NCBI GenBank assembly: GCA_012401045.1
Contig: GCA_012401045.1_4704.1
Direction: 5' to 3' (one strand)
Length of the DNA: 64,000 nt
Source of the DNA: a phage
Positions 48,350-58,268 of the stretch are shown here, piece by piece (the stretch's first letter is position 1; every line of letters begins with the position of its first letter). Under the pieces are notes generated by a model, which saw only the letters and a list, made by a program, of their open reading frames with translations, ran no database searches and had not been told where the DNA came from. Position numbers and translations under genes: made by a program.

Positions 48350-49192
48350 ATGGGTGCTATTGACTACAGTGTAGATCGTATCTGTCGTACAATACCGGCA
48401 GATATCCTACAGTATTGCTATATCGATCGTTACGACTGGCGTAATCGCTATCCTCGTTCCGTAGAAGACATCATTACCGATTGGGTAATCCGTAAACGGG
48501 TTATCGGCGACATCGATATCTACGGGGGACTACAAACCGTTATTCCCCTTGATGATGCAGGTGTCACAATCGAAGAAGTCACCATTAACTGTTATGTTTT
48601 CCACATTCCGTTGGAAGCCACACAGGGACGTTATATCACGTCCGCATTATCCATTATTTCAGGGAGCGTGAACAACTACGGAATAAACTATAACGGGCAA
48701 TGGGGCGCTTTCAACCAAACCCAATTTCAACGTCAGCTTTGTGGGTGGAACCCCGCAAGCAACACGTTACAGCAAGGGATGAACGCGTTCGGTCCCATGA
48801 ACGTTCTTAGTACAGCCAACGTTGATATCATCGCCCCTAACACCATCATGGTGAACAACGTCACGCCTGTACAATTTCCCCTGAGCCTACGCTGTTTCCT
48901 TGCCCACGATCCGGAACTTACCAACCTCAGCATGGAGGTTTGGAACGACTTCTACAAACTCTGTTTATACGCCACGCAAAGTGACATCTACAACAGAACC
49001 GTTATCCGTCTCGATAGAGGTGTTACAGCACAAGGACAAGAAGTCGGTGCATTCAAGGAATACATCGATCGCTTTGCTGATGCTGAAAACACATATCAGG
49101 AATTCCTGAACGAAACGTGGGCAGGCGTTGCTGCCTGGAACGATCCGCAAACTAAACGTCGCGCCATTCGACTACAAACCGGTTACTTCTGA
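48350..49192 (+). CDS. hypothetical protein (280 aa)
   Basis: ORF track; divergent from phuZ. Confidence 0.5.
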   Translation: MGAIDYSVDRICRTIPADILQYCYIDRYDWRNRYPRSVEDIITDWVIRKRVIGDIDIYGGLQTVIPLDDAGVTIEEVTINCYVFHIPLEATQGRYITSALSIISGSVNNYGINYNGQWGAFNQTQFQRQLCGWNPASNTLQQGMNAFGPMNVLSTANVDIIAPNTIMVNNVTPVQFPLSLRCFLAHDPELTNLSMEVWNDFYKLCLYATQSDIYNRTVIRLDRGVTAQGQEVGAFKEYIDRFADAENTYQEFLNETWAGVAAWNDPQTKRRAIRLQTGYF

Positions 49193-49800
49193 TTAACGAC
49201 AGCTTCCTCCCTCGGTGTTTTCGAGGGAGGTATTTGCCGTTTAAACACTTTCAGCACGTTCGCAAATTCAGCGGCAATAATACAGGCCGAGGTTGATAGC
49301 TTATTACTGAAAATGAGATCGTCCGGTAAACAATCGAACTGAATACCGTATTGCGTCTTTGTCTCATCAACGATCAATGACGGTGTCGATCTTGTCTTCG
49401 CGATGTCGGTGATATACAAACGTAGAAATAATTCACCGTCTTCGCTATCCATAAAACGATAGGCGTTACCAGAAAACGCAACACATGGCGTAACGATAAA
49501 TTGAACACGATCGTCGGTCGGATGGATATTTAACCAACGTTCGATATCATTACTACTCACATTTCGCATATTTACTACGGTAAAAGCAAATAGCGTATCG
49601 TGATGTTTGGAATAATGCAGCACGTACGCCGCACCTTTCTTTTTGTGAATCCCTTCAATGTATTCTATTGTCGTATAGCCGGATTTATATAGCTTTACTT
49701 GCGGTTTATCACTCATCATAACAACCCTTCCCGTTTCATCGCGGCACGCATACTTGCGTAAAGCGCATTCTTCATTGCACCCGGACGCAACGGATAACAA
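49183..49800 (-). CDS. hypothetical protein (205 aa)
   Basis: ORF track; C-terminal codons run through a CCTCCCTCG/CGAGGGAGG hairpin at 49206-49230. Confidence 0.45.
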   Translation of the reverse strand: MLSVASGCNEECALRKYACRDETGRVVMMSDKPQVKLYKSGYTTIEYIEGIHKKKGAAYVLHYSKHHDTLFAFTVVNMRNVSSNDIERWLNIHPTDDRVQFIVTPCVAFSGNAYRFMDSEDGELFLRLYITDIAKTRSTPSLIVDETKTQYGIQFDCLPDDLIFSNKLSTSACIIAAEFANVLKVFKRQIPPSKTPREEAVVNQK

Positions 49801-50015
49801 ATCTCATATCGACGTCCTTGTTTTACAGCAATTTTCCTTCCATTCAGAAACAACGTGCCATTATCCAGCAACAACTCACCTTGTAGTACCATGAGTCCTG
49901 CTTTAACATGACGTCCTTCTTCTTTCGTTAAGACCTTATAGCCGTGTTTATCCAATAACCACAATTCGTAGATACCATGCGCAGCCTTCGGCATTACTTT
50001 CTTCTTCGTCGTCAT
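49716..50015 (-). CDS. hypothetical protein (99 aa)
   Basis: ORF track. Confidence 0.4.
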   Translation of the reverse strand: MTTKKKVMPKAAHGIYELWLLDKHGYKVLTKEEGRHVKAGLMVLQGELLLDNGTLFLNGRKIAVKQGRRYEICYPLRPGAMKNALYASMRAAMKREGLL

Positions 50016-50027
50016 GGAAGATCCTCC

Positions 50028-50402
50028 TTAAACTCCTTGTCGGATCATCACCAACCGGAGCATGTTGTATTCCAATGTAGCGCTTTCTAATTCGAATTCA
50101 TATCGATACCAGAAATTCGGCTCTAATTGACCTACAACACATTTACGAACATCTGTCTGCACCTTCCTCGACAACACCTGTAACAGTTGTGTTATCTCCG
50201 GCTTGAAGTAATGCGCCAAACCTAACTGATCAGAATAAAACAGGCCACAATCAAAGATGGCCTGTAAAATAACATATTCAACCATCAGGTGACGCGCATC
50301 GGGGTCAGGGAATGGCGAACGTAAAGCGAGATCTAACACATCGACGATTGGGCCGACATAAATGGCGGCACGGTACTCACGAATAACACTGATGTTATCC
50401 AT
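50028..50402 (-). CDS. hypothetical protein (124 aa)
   Basis: ORF track. Confidence 0.45.
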   Translation of the reverse strand: MDNISVIREYRAAIYVGPIVDVLDLALRSPFPDPDARHLMVEYVILQAIFDCGLFYSDQLGLAHYFKPEITQLLQVLSRKVQTDVRKCVVGQLEPNFWYRYEFELESATLEYNMLRLVMIRQGV

Positions 50403-50415
50403 GATAACCTATTCG

Positions 50416-51240
50416 TTAACTGTCGCTTTCTGACGTATCGACGTAGTTGAAAATACGATCCCGTAAACACTCGTAACGAGGCAACGCGCTAAGAATGATC
50501 ATCTTCAACTGCATCGCGATCGATACACGTTCTTCATCCGATGCATCGTCTCCCCATTTACCCGGCTTAACCTGAATGGGTTCGTGCGGATCCTGCGGGA
50601 ATATAAAGCTTAACAACAGATAATCCGTGCGGAACTCCCACACTTCTCGACCGTCGTTATCGGTTTCCTTACGCAACGTGAAGAGTTGACGTTCGGTGGT
50701 TGGATCCAACATCAGCGGTCGGCCACGAACAATCTCCAGTTTACGTGGGCTGACGAACGTCGTACGTTCAGGAAGGTATTTTTCAACATCATCCGTATCC
50801 AACAAGAACAAAATGATGTCGTCGAAATACTTCGGTGCGTACGTGTGTATCGGTTCACCGTCGCTATACGAAGAGATCTCTTGAAGTATTGGTGTCTTAC
50901 ACGAAAAGTTCTGGCATGAGCCGCGGGTGATCGGTAAGGTGGTCCATTGATGTTCTGTAGACAATTCAACAGGCACTAACGGATAGTCATCAATGAAAAC
51001 CACACACGTTGTACTAATGGGTATTCTTCCATCATTACCGGGTTCAAAAACCAAACGTATCTTACCGGTAATCAACGCCATCTCATCTGGCATTAAATGG
51101 CTTGCTGAACGGGCAAGTCTGAAACCGGCCGCCTGTTTATAAGGTTCGGGTTTATAGCCACGGACAATAAGAGAGACATCCGCAAGTTCAACGCTCACGA
51201 ACGCATCTTTGGTGTCTTCATTGTTCGTCGTTAACGTCAT
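50416..51240 (-). CDS. hypothetical protein (274 aa)
   Basis: ORF track. Confidence 0.5.
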   Translation of the reverse strand: MTLTTNNEDTKDAFVSVELADVSLIVRGYKPEPYKQAAGFRLARSASHLMPDEMALITGKIRLVFEPGNDGRIPISTTCVVFIDDYPLVPVELSTEHQWTTLPITRGSCQNFSCKTPILQEISSYSDGEPIHTYAPKYFDDIILFLLDTDDVEKYLPERTTFVSPRKLEIVRGRPLMLDPTTERQLFTLRKETDNDGREVWEFRTDYLLLSFIFPQDPHEPIQVKPGKWGDDASDEERVSIAMQLKMIILSALPRYECLRDRIFNYVDTSESDS

Positions 51241-52255
51241 TGTTCATTTTCTCCATTGCAACGAATCGTTCAAGCTCGCGTAATAAACGCTCTTTTAACG
51301 CAGGATCAACTTCCGGAGCATGTTTATCGCGATACCATTCGGTCCCGTTGTATTGCAGGCTAACATGCCATGTTCCTAACGGGCTTTCCTCTGCAGCGGC
51401 GATGAAATTCTTAACGCCGGTTTTGGTAGGATACTCCATGATAGGAATAGCCTGCTTCAGATCCATTACGGTAAGATCCTGGAAGTTATAATCCAGGAGC
51501 GTTAATGCACGTTTGTCGCGTAACAGTAACCCGCAATCCAAGATAGTGAAATCGATACCCCAAAATTGTAGCTTACCGCCCGTACTGATAGGAATATGAC
51601 CGCGATAAACCGCGAGATAAATCTCACCTTTATCGGTTTCTTTATTGTATCCTGCGATGAATGCTGCGGTAATTAACGGCTGATCGCCTTTCGCAAAGAA
51701 AACAGGATGCGTACGATAAAGCCAATCATTACGGATTAAATCGGATACCTGACCTAAACGTGCCGTGGGCACCATTGTCGATCCTAAGTCACTATTACTA
51801 ACTTCGAATTGGTAATATTCAAACAGAACACCGTCGACTTCTTCTTTAGCGTATGGTTCACGATCCGGATTAGCGAGTATATAACGCAACTTATTATCGA
51901 TTTCGGCTACGCGTTCCTCATGGGTATCCATAAGGCTAGTGACGACGAAAGCAGCCAGATTACGTACGCTAAGGAACACGTCGTCTTTCTCCTGGTCGCT
52001 TAGTCCTTCTTCATCTGCTAGCGTTGTCCAATGCAGTGGTCCCTCCACCATTTTCAACCATTTGTCTTCACGCTCTGGGTAAACAAAGGGCTTGTGTACA
52101 GGAACGCTGGTATGCTGCACACGCAATAGTAACGAACAAGGGGATTGCATTATCGACTCCCATGGCACTATACCACTCGTGACAGCGATGACGTGACGAT
52201 TAAGAACAAGAGAAGCTGAATAAGTAATGTTATCTAATCCTGGTAATTGATCCAT
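51218..52255 (-). CDS. hypothetical protein (345 aa)
   Basis: ORF track; preceded by a 308-bp AT-rich intergenic region. Confidence 0.5.
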   Translation of the reverse strand: MDQLPGLDNITYSASLVLNRHVIAVTSGIVPWESIMQSPCSLLLRVQHTSVPVHKPFVYPEREDKWLKMVEGPLHWTTLADEEGLSDQEKDDVFLSVRNLAAFVVTSLMDTHEERVAEIDNKLRYILANPDREPYAKEEVDGVLFEYYQFEVSNSDLGSTMVPTARLGQVSDLIRNDWLYRTHPVFFAKGDQPLITAAFIAGYNKETDKGEIYLAVYRGHIPISTGGKLQFWGIDFTILDCGLLLRDKRALTLLDYNFQDLTVMDLKQAIPIMEYPTKTGVKNFIAAAEESPLGTWHVSLQYNGTEWYRDKHAPEVDPALKERLLRELERFVAMEKMNNDVNDEQ

Positions 52256-52510
52256 GATAGAAATCCTTAGTATGTTTGATATGTTGTTTAATTAACATAT
52301 TAAGTTTAAAAGAGGTTATGTTTTACGTATTGTTAATAACGTATTCTTATCTCTATTAAGTTATGTTCTATCTAAAGATAGTAAACAGATATAATGCTCC
52401 CCACCTCCCCATTCTCCCAAGTAATACTGGCCTACCGGCTCTCTCCTTTTTAAGGGAGAGAGTAAGCATTCAGTATTGCTCAAATGAATAAGCAAAACAG
52501 TATAAACTTA

Positions 52511-52534
52511 CCGTCTCGAGTTATCTCGAGACGG
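52511..52534 (-). terminator. rho-independent terminator
   Basis: Perfect 10-bp inverted repeat CCGTCTCGAG-TTAT-CTCGAGACGG about 30 nt after the stop of 52564..52917, followed on the minus strand by a U-rich run. Confidence 0.5.
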
Positions 52535-52563
52535 CGTAGTAGTATCTGTTTATCTCTTTTATG

Positions 52564-52917
52564 CTAACAGCCTATTTCTGCATGAACCTTTAACGATTCG
52601 AATACATCTTGCTTCTTTATCATCGTCTTGTATAAACGTGATTGAGCAATGATCTTTATCCATTGTTGTGGATCGCGTAAATTCACATTTTCAAAACGGG
52701 GTGGGGTATTATCTCCGTCGAGTCGGATATACCCTAAGAGCAATCCTTCATGGTCTCCTCGACGGATTTCGATATGCGGTTTGAGGAAGACATGATTGTC
52801 TGGTGGATACCAGCTTACGGTGTAGTAATGGTTTCCTGAAACAACGAATTCGTGAACGGCTTTTGTCTCATCGTCAATGACCGCATTTACGCTGGGAATC
52901 ATTAATTTTTGAAGCAT
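52564..52917 (-). CDS. hypothetical protein (117 aa)
   Basis: ORF track. Confidence 0.45.
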   Translation of the reverse strand: MLQKLMIPSVNAVIDDETKAVHEFVVSGNHYYTVSWYPPDNHVFLKPHIEIRRGDHEGLLLGYIRLDGDNTPPRFENVNLRDPQQWIKIIAQSRLYKTMIKKQDVFESLKVHAEIGC

Positions 52918-53501
52918 GGGACATAAACCTCCATCAACATCGCATAAAGCGCACCAAGCCCATGCAGGACTTGGTTAGGTGCAAAGGTCGGAGTGTAGCA
53001 TACTTGTTCGGTTGGTGCTTGTTGACGTAAGTCTAACGGATCTCCGTTGATAAGCATCTGCAGGAGATCAGCATCATCTTGCAATGTGTCTTCATCGATA
53101 TACGCATCAACACAAAGCAGTCGGTGTAACTGTTCTGGTTTAATTGAAATACCTACAACCATGCAGTTGTTGTAGGTGGCGTTGTCCAGAAAGAAGTGAA
53201 TGACGCCCGCTTGAGGATCGCCACCGTAGTGGAGCCAACGCGTAAAACCAGCCGACATCATCCATAGCGGGTTGTGTTGTAACGCACTGACGACGCGGGT
53301 CTCGAAATCCAAACCAAACTTCTGGAAGATTGCGCCCATCTGGAAACGATCTTCATCGAGACGGTAACGGAATATACAGGCATCCGATCCCGTTGAGTTA
53401 TCATACACCGAAAGATACCCACGATGGATTTCCACGGTAACATTGTTGTCGTCAAGCGTGGCGCTCGCAACGCCGTTAGAAAAGGTTGGAACAAAGCTCA
53501 T
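52902..53501 (-). CDS. hypothetical protein (199 aa)
   Basis: ORF track. Confidence 0.45.
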   Translation of the reverse strand: MSFVPTFSNGVASATLDDNNVTVEIHRGYLSVYDNSTGSDACIFRYRLDEDRFQMGAIFQKFGLDFETRVVSALQHNPLWMMSAGFTRWLHYGGDPQAGVIHFFLDNATYNNCMVVGISIKPEQLHRLLCVDAYIDEDTLQDDADLLQMLINGDPLDLRQQAPTEQVCYTPTFAPNQVLHGLGALYAMLMEVYVPCFKN

Positions 53502-54049
53502 CTTGTAATCCTTAATTTACCTGAATGAATTATCGTTGATGGGTCCACGACGCGACCGTATTTCGCGTTACGTAATACACGATGCCCAAAGAAGTCAGCG
53601 GTTTCCAAAACAACCGTGTAACAACCCAGCTGATGTTGATGTCCCCAAAACCGTTCAATGGGAATCCAGCAGGGCGACATGCCTTTGTGTCGCCAATCCG
53701 TAACACAGCCGAATTCAGCAAACTGTTCAGTAAACCACTCGTCAATGTCGGTATCCGTAAAGAGAAACACGTGGTTTTTAACCAGATAAGCGAACCCAGG
53801 ATAAAAAAGCTGAGGGTCATCTGGGTCACGGAGATAAACACGAAGTTTGTCTAGCGTACCCTCGACAACGATTGTATCGGGTAATCCTGGCGGCGTGAAC
53901 CGAAGTTGGAAGTTATCCTCGTTTGCCGAGGCGTTAACCAAATACCCCAGTTGAAGGGGTCGATGCAATTCGAAAAGGTTAAACGTTAATGCATATTCGA
54001 TATACTCTAATCCTATATTCATGTCTGACCTATGTGGTATGGACGGCAT
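53498..54049 (-). CDS. hypothetical protein (183 aa)
   Basis: ORF track; 4-nt overlap with downstream gene. Confidence 0.45.
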   Translation of the reverse strand: MPSIPHRSDMNIGLEYIEYALTFNLFELHRPLQLGYLVNASANEDNFQLRFTPPGLPDTIVVEGTLDKLRVYLRDPDDPQLFYPGFAYLVKNHVFLFTDTDIDEWFTEQFAEFGCVTDWRHKGMSPCWIPIERFWGHQHQLGCYTVVLETADFFGHRVLRNAKYGRVVDPSTIIHSGKLRITR

Positions 54050-54154
54050 TGCATTGCCTTCCGCGAGTGTAATCAGGAAGGTAATGTAGGTTTATTTTAA
54101 TCTCCATTTCGCGATGATATGACAGTCTTTATTACGTTTACCATCTGAGGGAGC

Positions 54155-55399
54155 ATGCTCATGTCTTCTATTTTACAGGTGTTTAATGCGCATGCGGAAG
54201 GCATTGACATCGACGAGTATTTTGTTAATCAGGTTATCCGTTACGCGACACGCTTCCGTACGCAAGACCAAGAACACATGCGTTTTTTCGGTGGGGTTCT
54301 GTTAGGTGTACAGAAAATCCGATTCACAACAAGACATAACGATACATGGTTTTCAGACGTCTTGATGATGGATGAAGAAAGCTTACGACGCGATTTGAGT
54401 AAACTACCCTTCTACAATACGCAGACCAACCGTGTTGCCTCAAACGCCTTTAACCTAAGTTGCTGTTGGTTGCTTTATGCGATCTTCCACAGCAAACAAA
54501 TCAAAAAAGAAAAGGTTCGTGAAGCCGGGATGCTTGCAGCAATGCAAGTCCTCCATTATAAATTCATTTGCGGTCTGGTAGCACGACGTTATCCTTATAA
54601 CGCCGATCCGGCTATCGCCATTAAGGCGTACGATGAGTTAACCCTCAAATCAGGCATCAAGCGCATGAATAGCTGGAATGAGTACATCGACGAACGCTGT
54701 AACGCCATCATTGCGCGCAATAGCACGCATTTCAGTCGCTGGTCAACCCTGGAACCAGATAGTGTCGCCGAACGTTTTGTGCGTGATGTGAATACCGGAA
54801 TCCGTAAGGTTATCAACCGTATCACCGATACGTACTATGCGATGTATGAAGAGGGTAAGAAGATAGGCACGTCCTCTCAAACTGTAGAATTAGACGACGG
54901 CCTCGCTGTTCGCGATATCAAACGCAACGAAACCACTTATCGTCAATATCTGTTCGAAATCGCTTATGACCGAACAAGTTTCGTTAAACGTGAACTCATG
55001 GTCGTCATCCTCGACGTGCATCATACTACCAATCTTTTATCCCTTGAGCGAGCGTTAAGCTATATCAGCGCTAACGTAGAACGACCGACAAGAGACGGAA
55101 AACAGGTCTCTCAGATGTTGCGGCTTGTAATGGAGCATGCTATCGAGTATATCATCTTGAATAAGGTCGATATGCGCGATCTTACGTTCTTATTCTACAT
55201 GCGTAACGTGTACACGTCCAACCGTACCAGCAACCCGAAACTGTTAGAACTGCGTAAACTTGGCTCTGAAGTCATTAAGAAAGCAACCAACGCGAGAAAC
55301 GACGCTGAAGCTGCAGCGACACGTACCGGTGTCTTTCTGTATATCCTGCTTCGTGTGTTTAGCCGTAACTATTACGTTCGACGTGCGATGTCACGTTAA
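54155..55399 (+). CDS. hypothetical protein (414 aa)
   Basis: ORF track. Confidence 0.5.
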   Translation: MLMSSILQVFNAHAEGIDIDEYFVNQVIRYATRFRTQDQEHMRFFGGVLLGVQKIRFTTRHNDTWFSDVLMMDEESLRRDLSKLPFYNTQTNRVASNAFNLSCCWLLYAIFHSKQIKKEKVREAGMLAAMQVLHYKFICGLVARRYPYNADPAIAIKAYDELTLKSGIKRMNSWNEYIDERCNAIIARNSTHFSRWSTLEPDSVAERFVRDVNTGIRKVINRITDTYYAMYEEGKKIGTSSQTVELDDGLAVRDIKRNETTYRQYLFEIAYDRTSFVKRELMVVILDVHHTTNLLSLERALSYISANVERPTRDGKQVSQMLRLVMEHAIEYIILNKVDMRDLTFLFYMRNVYTSNRTSNPKLLELRKLGSEVIKKATNARNDAEAAATRTGVFLYILLRVFSRNYYVRRAMSR

Positions 55400-55551
55400 C
55401 AATGTAACGGTAAAACTTTACTGACGTTGGTTATTATTTGAAGCATAGGGCTTCACCCAGGAGTACCATCCCTTTAAGTCGTTTATCCTCTCCTGGTTAA
55501 CTGTCGTTCTCTCACAGTGCTCGACAGACCAAAAATGCTCAGGCCTCATAG

Positions 55552-55580
55552 CCTCCTCTGGGAATGGAACCCAGAGGAGG
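55552..55580 (+). terminator. CCTCCTCTGG/CCAGAGGAGG hairpin followed by ACTATG
   Basis: 10-bp perfect inverted repeat about 150 nt after the stop of 54155..55399. Confidence 0.35.
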
Positions 55581-55592
55581 ACTATGTTTGCC

Positions 55593-55901
55593 TTAAAATT
55601 CAACGCGACCTTTTGTCGTAAACAATACACCTCTTTGCCAACAGAAAAGATCCTCCGATTGAGCGCAAACACGAATACCCGCATCGAATAGATGTTTTGT
55701 TCTAGCGCTTAAACAATCAGGATCTTCTACATACAACAGAAGACGTTGGCATTTATTTTGAATGCGTTCGACAAGGATGTTCTTATCGCTTAAAATAAAA
55801 TGCGCGTTATCTGTTAAGTTATCGTCGGTTTCCAGCTGCTTGACAAGTTTGATTAAAATACGTAATTGCTCAAGTGTGTCATGATCAAGTGAATCACCCA
55901 T
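55593..55901 (-). CDS. hypothetical protein (about 102 aa)
   Basis: Start placed at ATG 55901 (GAGGT upstream) rather than the TTG at 55913. Confidence 0.4.
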   Translation of the reverse strand: MGDSLDHDTLEQLRILIKLVKQLETDDNLTDNAHFILSDKNILVERIQNKCQRLLLYVEDPDCLSARTKHLFDAGIRVCAQSEDLFCWQRGVLFTTKGRVEF

Positions 55902-55986
55902 GGCGTACCTCAACGTTATACGTCGTTTGTATTATAATACGCTATCGTCTCCCCGCCAGTATTAACGGGGAGTCTGCAGACTACTC

Positions 55987-58218
55987 TTAGAAAAAACCGC
56001 CCGGGCGGTATTGACCCATCGTCATCCACGCATTACGAGAAATATTCCGTTCATTCGAAGAGCGGCTTATTTGACGATAAGTATTCGCTCGTTCCTCCCT
56101 TGCTTTCGTGATCATCGCATCAATAGAAACAGCCGCTGAATCCTCCCCACGTATTTTTCCTTTATACGTAAGAAGCTCTGCCTCCAATCGATCCAAGATA
56201 AGGCCGTTGGTTTCGGTCTTAAGCAACTCATAGATTTCAGCAACGCGTTGACGTAGCTTCGCCTGCTGTTGGTTAAGATACGCTTCATACGGATCGATTT
56301 CACCCGTTACAGATGCTGGTAAACGACTCATGACTTTAAGTGGATCGATACCGTAATGGATCTGTTTCTTAGCACGCTTGATGAACCACATCGCTAACAT
56401 CCATGCGAACGTCATGTCATCGTGCATTCCATCCTGGTGATCGACACGCCCATCTTTGATAACCAATCCGAGGATCTCGGAACACAGCATCTTGTCACGT
56501 AACTGCCCGCGGGTTTCTACAATACCTTCCATCAAGATGTCGGAATACAACTCCATACGTTTGCGCGCATCCGTTGTGAAGCCTAAATGCCGTTTACGTT
56601 GAGCATACCAACTTTCATCACGCATGCTCAATGGTAATTTCAGGTCTTCGAACATCGCTGGATTATCAGCATGCCTGTCTACAATCGTGTTGTATACGCG
56701 TTTGAACACGTCGATGCCCGCTTGCCGCAAGAACTCTTCAATTGCGTCTAACAGCATGATTGCACTGCTTTTACGTTCAGGAATCAACGTAACGTTCTTA
56801 AAACGCATCATGAAGTTGGCCATCCAACGAGCAAAAGAAAGCAGACTCAGTTTATTAAAACGTCCTGTCGCAACAACTTCTGCTGTTTCTACATCCACCA
56901 TCACCAAACCGATAGCGTCACGACCTATTGCATCGCTGGTGTCTAAACCAGCAACCACCTTATTGTTCTGCATGTATGTCTCGATTTTACCTCGAGGTAT
57001 ATACCAGTTAATGCAGTAGCCTTCAGGTGAGATCTCGATATGGTCGATTTCACGTTGTCCCGCCATGATCATCTCAACCATCTCAGCGGTTAACGGGCTT
57101 TCTGCTGAACCGTTGGTCCAGATGTTCATGTAGTCGCGGTCTTTCTGAAGTTTATCACCTTCCGTTTCGTTCATGGTTTTTGCTAACCATTCATCACTGA
57201 AGCCCAGCTGAGCGTGGTTCCATTGTGCCCCGATCCTGACGGTTGCTTTGCTGAGCTCGCACGGCACGTTGTTCAATACCGTCTGATGCAGATGCTTTTC
57301 ATTACGGCAGTCAAAGAAACTTTCAGAGAACGGCGCTGAACGCATGAAAACTTCATAAGCCCATTTGCCTTCGCGTTTATCCAATTCACCTGCTGTTGTC
57401 GTATAGATGATACTCGTCAGGTCGCCGTTGCTTAATGCTTCATCGCGTGCCGCACCCATCGCACCGATACCAGCAGGAACAATGATTTCGATGTATTTCG
57501 TAAACGCGGTTTCGTCGCTATGAAATAGCGGGGTTGTTAGACCACGGCCGATGTTTGTTGCTTGTTTCTTATCCGAACGTGGAATCTTTACCGATAACTT
57601 GTTCTTGAAACGTGTGTAGGTTACGTTCTCTTTGTTCGATGAATCACGGCTATCCAGCGTCCAGAGATACGCAGGCAGCAGATCACGTATACTACGCACA
57701 TCTTCTACTGTTTTCGTACGGGCATCACCGTCTTTTGTTAACTGAATAACCTCGGTGTTTCGACTACGAACATAGGTTAGATAGCAGAACAATCCTAACA
57801 TGGTCATGGATTTACCCGTCTGACGTATCTGTATCTGATACCAGTTCGTTCGGGTAAATATTCCCCAGAGCATCGGAATGTTACCGCGGTTAGCACGGAA
57901 TGAAATTTTGTTATCACCCGCTTTAGCCGGAACACGCATCACTTCACGGAAGAAGTACCATGGATTAAGATAGCATTCCGCACTGATCATCTGAATCTGT
58001 TCTGACGTCAAATTCGGTGCGTGGGGATCAACACCAATCAATCTTGGGTTTAATAACGCCATGAAAAACGCAGAGTTCCGGACACCGAATTCACGACGAT
58101 ATAAGATCGCTAAATCACGCCAACTTGTGTTTGTTGTTTCCCAGTGTGGAACAGCCTGAGGAAAATAATCCCAATCTTCCTCAAACAAGATGATTTTCTT
58201 CGGATCGACAATCGACAT
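55987..58218 (-). CDS. terL: terminase large subunit (T4 gp17-like ATPase-nuclease)
   Basis: Deviant Walker A IRQTGKS (T4 SRQLGKT type), Walker B-like LFHSDE, coupling motif TTTAG, nuclease acidic residues in GLDTSD and DGMHDD; GAGGAG upstream of ATG. Confidence 0.8.
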   Translation of the reverse strand: MSIVDPKKIILFEEDWDYFPQAVPHWETTNTSWRDLAILYRREFGVRNSAFFMALLNPRLIGVDPHAPNLTSEQIQMISAECYLNPWYFFREVMRVPAKAGDNKISFRANRGNIPMLWGIFTRTNWYQIQIRQTGKSMTMLGLFCYLTYVRSRNTEVIQLTKDGDARTKTVEDVRSIRDLLPAYLWTLDSRDSSNKENVTYTRFKNKLSVKIPRSDKKQATNIGRGLTTPLFHSDETAFTKYIEIIVPAGIGAMGAARDEALSNGDLTSIIYTTTAGELDKREGKWAYEVFMRSAPFSESFFDCRNEKHLHQTVLNNVPCELSKATVRIGAQWNHAQLGFSDEWLAKTMNETEGDKLQKDRDYMNIWTNGSAESPLTAEMVEMIMAGQREIDHIEISPEGYCINWYIPRGKIETYMQNNKVVAGLDTSDAIGRDAIGLVMVDVETAEVVATGRFNKLSLLSFARWMANFMMRFKNVTLIPERKSSAIMLLDAIEEFLRQAGIDVFKRVYNTIVDRHADNPAMFEDLKLPLSMRDESWYAQRKRHLGFTTDARKRMELYSDILMEGIVETRGQLRDKMLCSEILGLVIKDGRVDHQDGMHDDMTFAWMLAMWFIKRAKKQIHYGIDPLKVMSRLPASVTGEIDPYEAYLNQQQAKLRQRVAEIYELLKTETNGLILDRLEAELLTYKGKIRGEDSAAVSIDAMITKAREERANTYRQISRSSNERNISRNAWMTMGQYRPGGFF
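55990..56009 (-). terminator. rho-independent terminator overlapping the last codons of the terminase gene
   Basis: ACCGCCCGGGCGGT palindrome followed on the minus strand by TTTTTT and then the TAA stop. Confidence 0.5.
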
Positions 58219-58229
58219 ATAAACTCCTC

Positions 58230-58258
58230 CGATGGAGGGTGCCGAGCACCCTCCATCG
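58230..58258 (-). terminator. 12-bp perfect hairpin immediately upstream of the terminase ribosome-binding site
   Basis: CGATGGAGGGTG-CCGAG-CACCCTCCATCG; on the minus strand followed by GAGGAGTTTATATG, the terminase SD and start. Confidence 0.45.
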
Positions 58259-58268
58259 TTGTATTACC

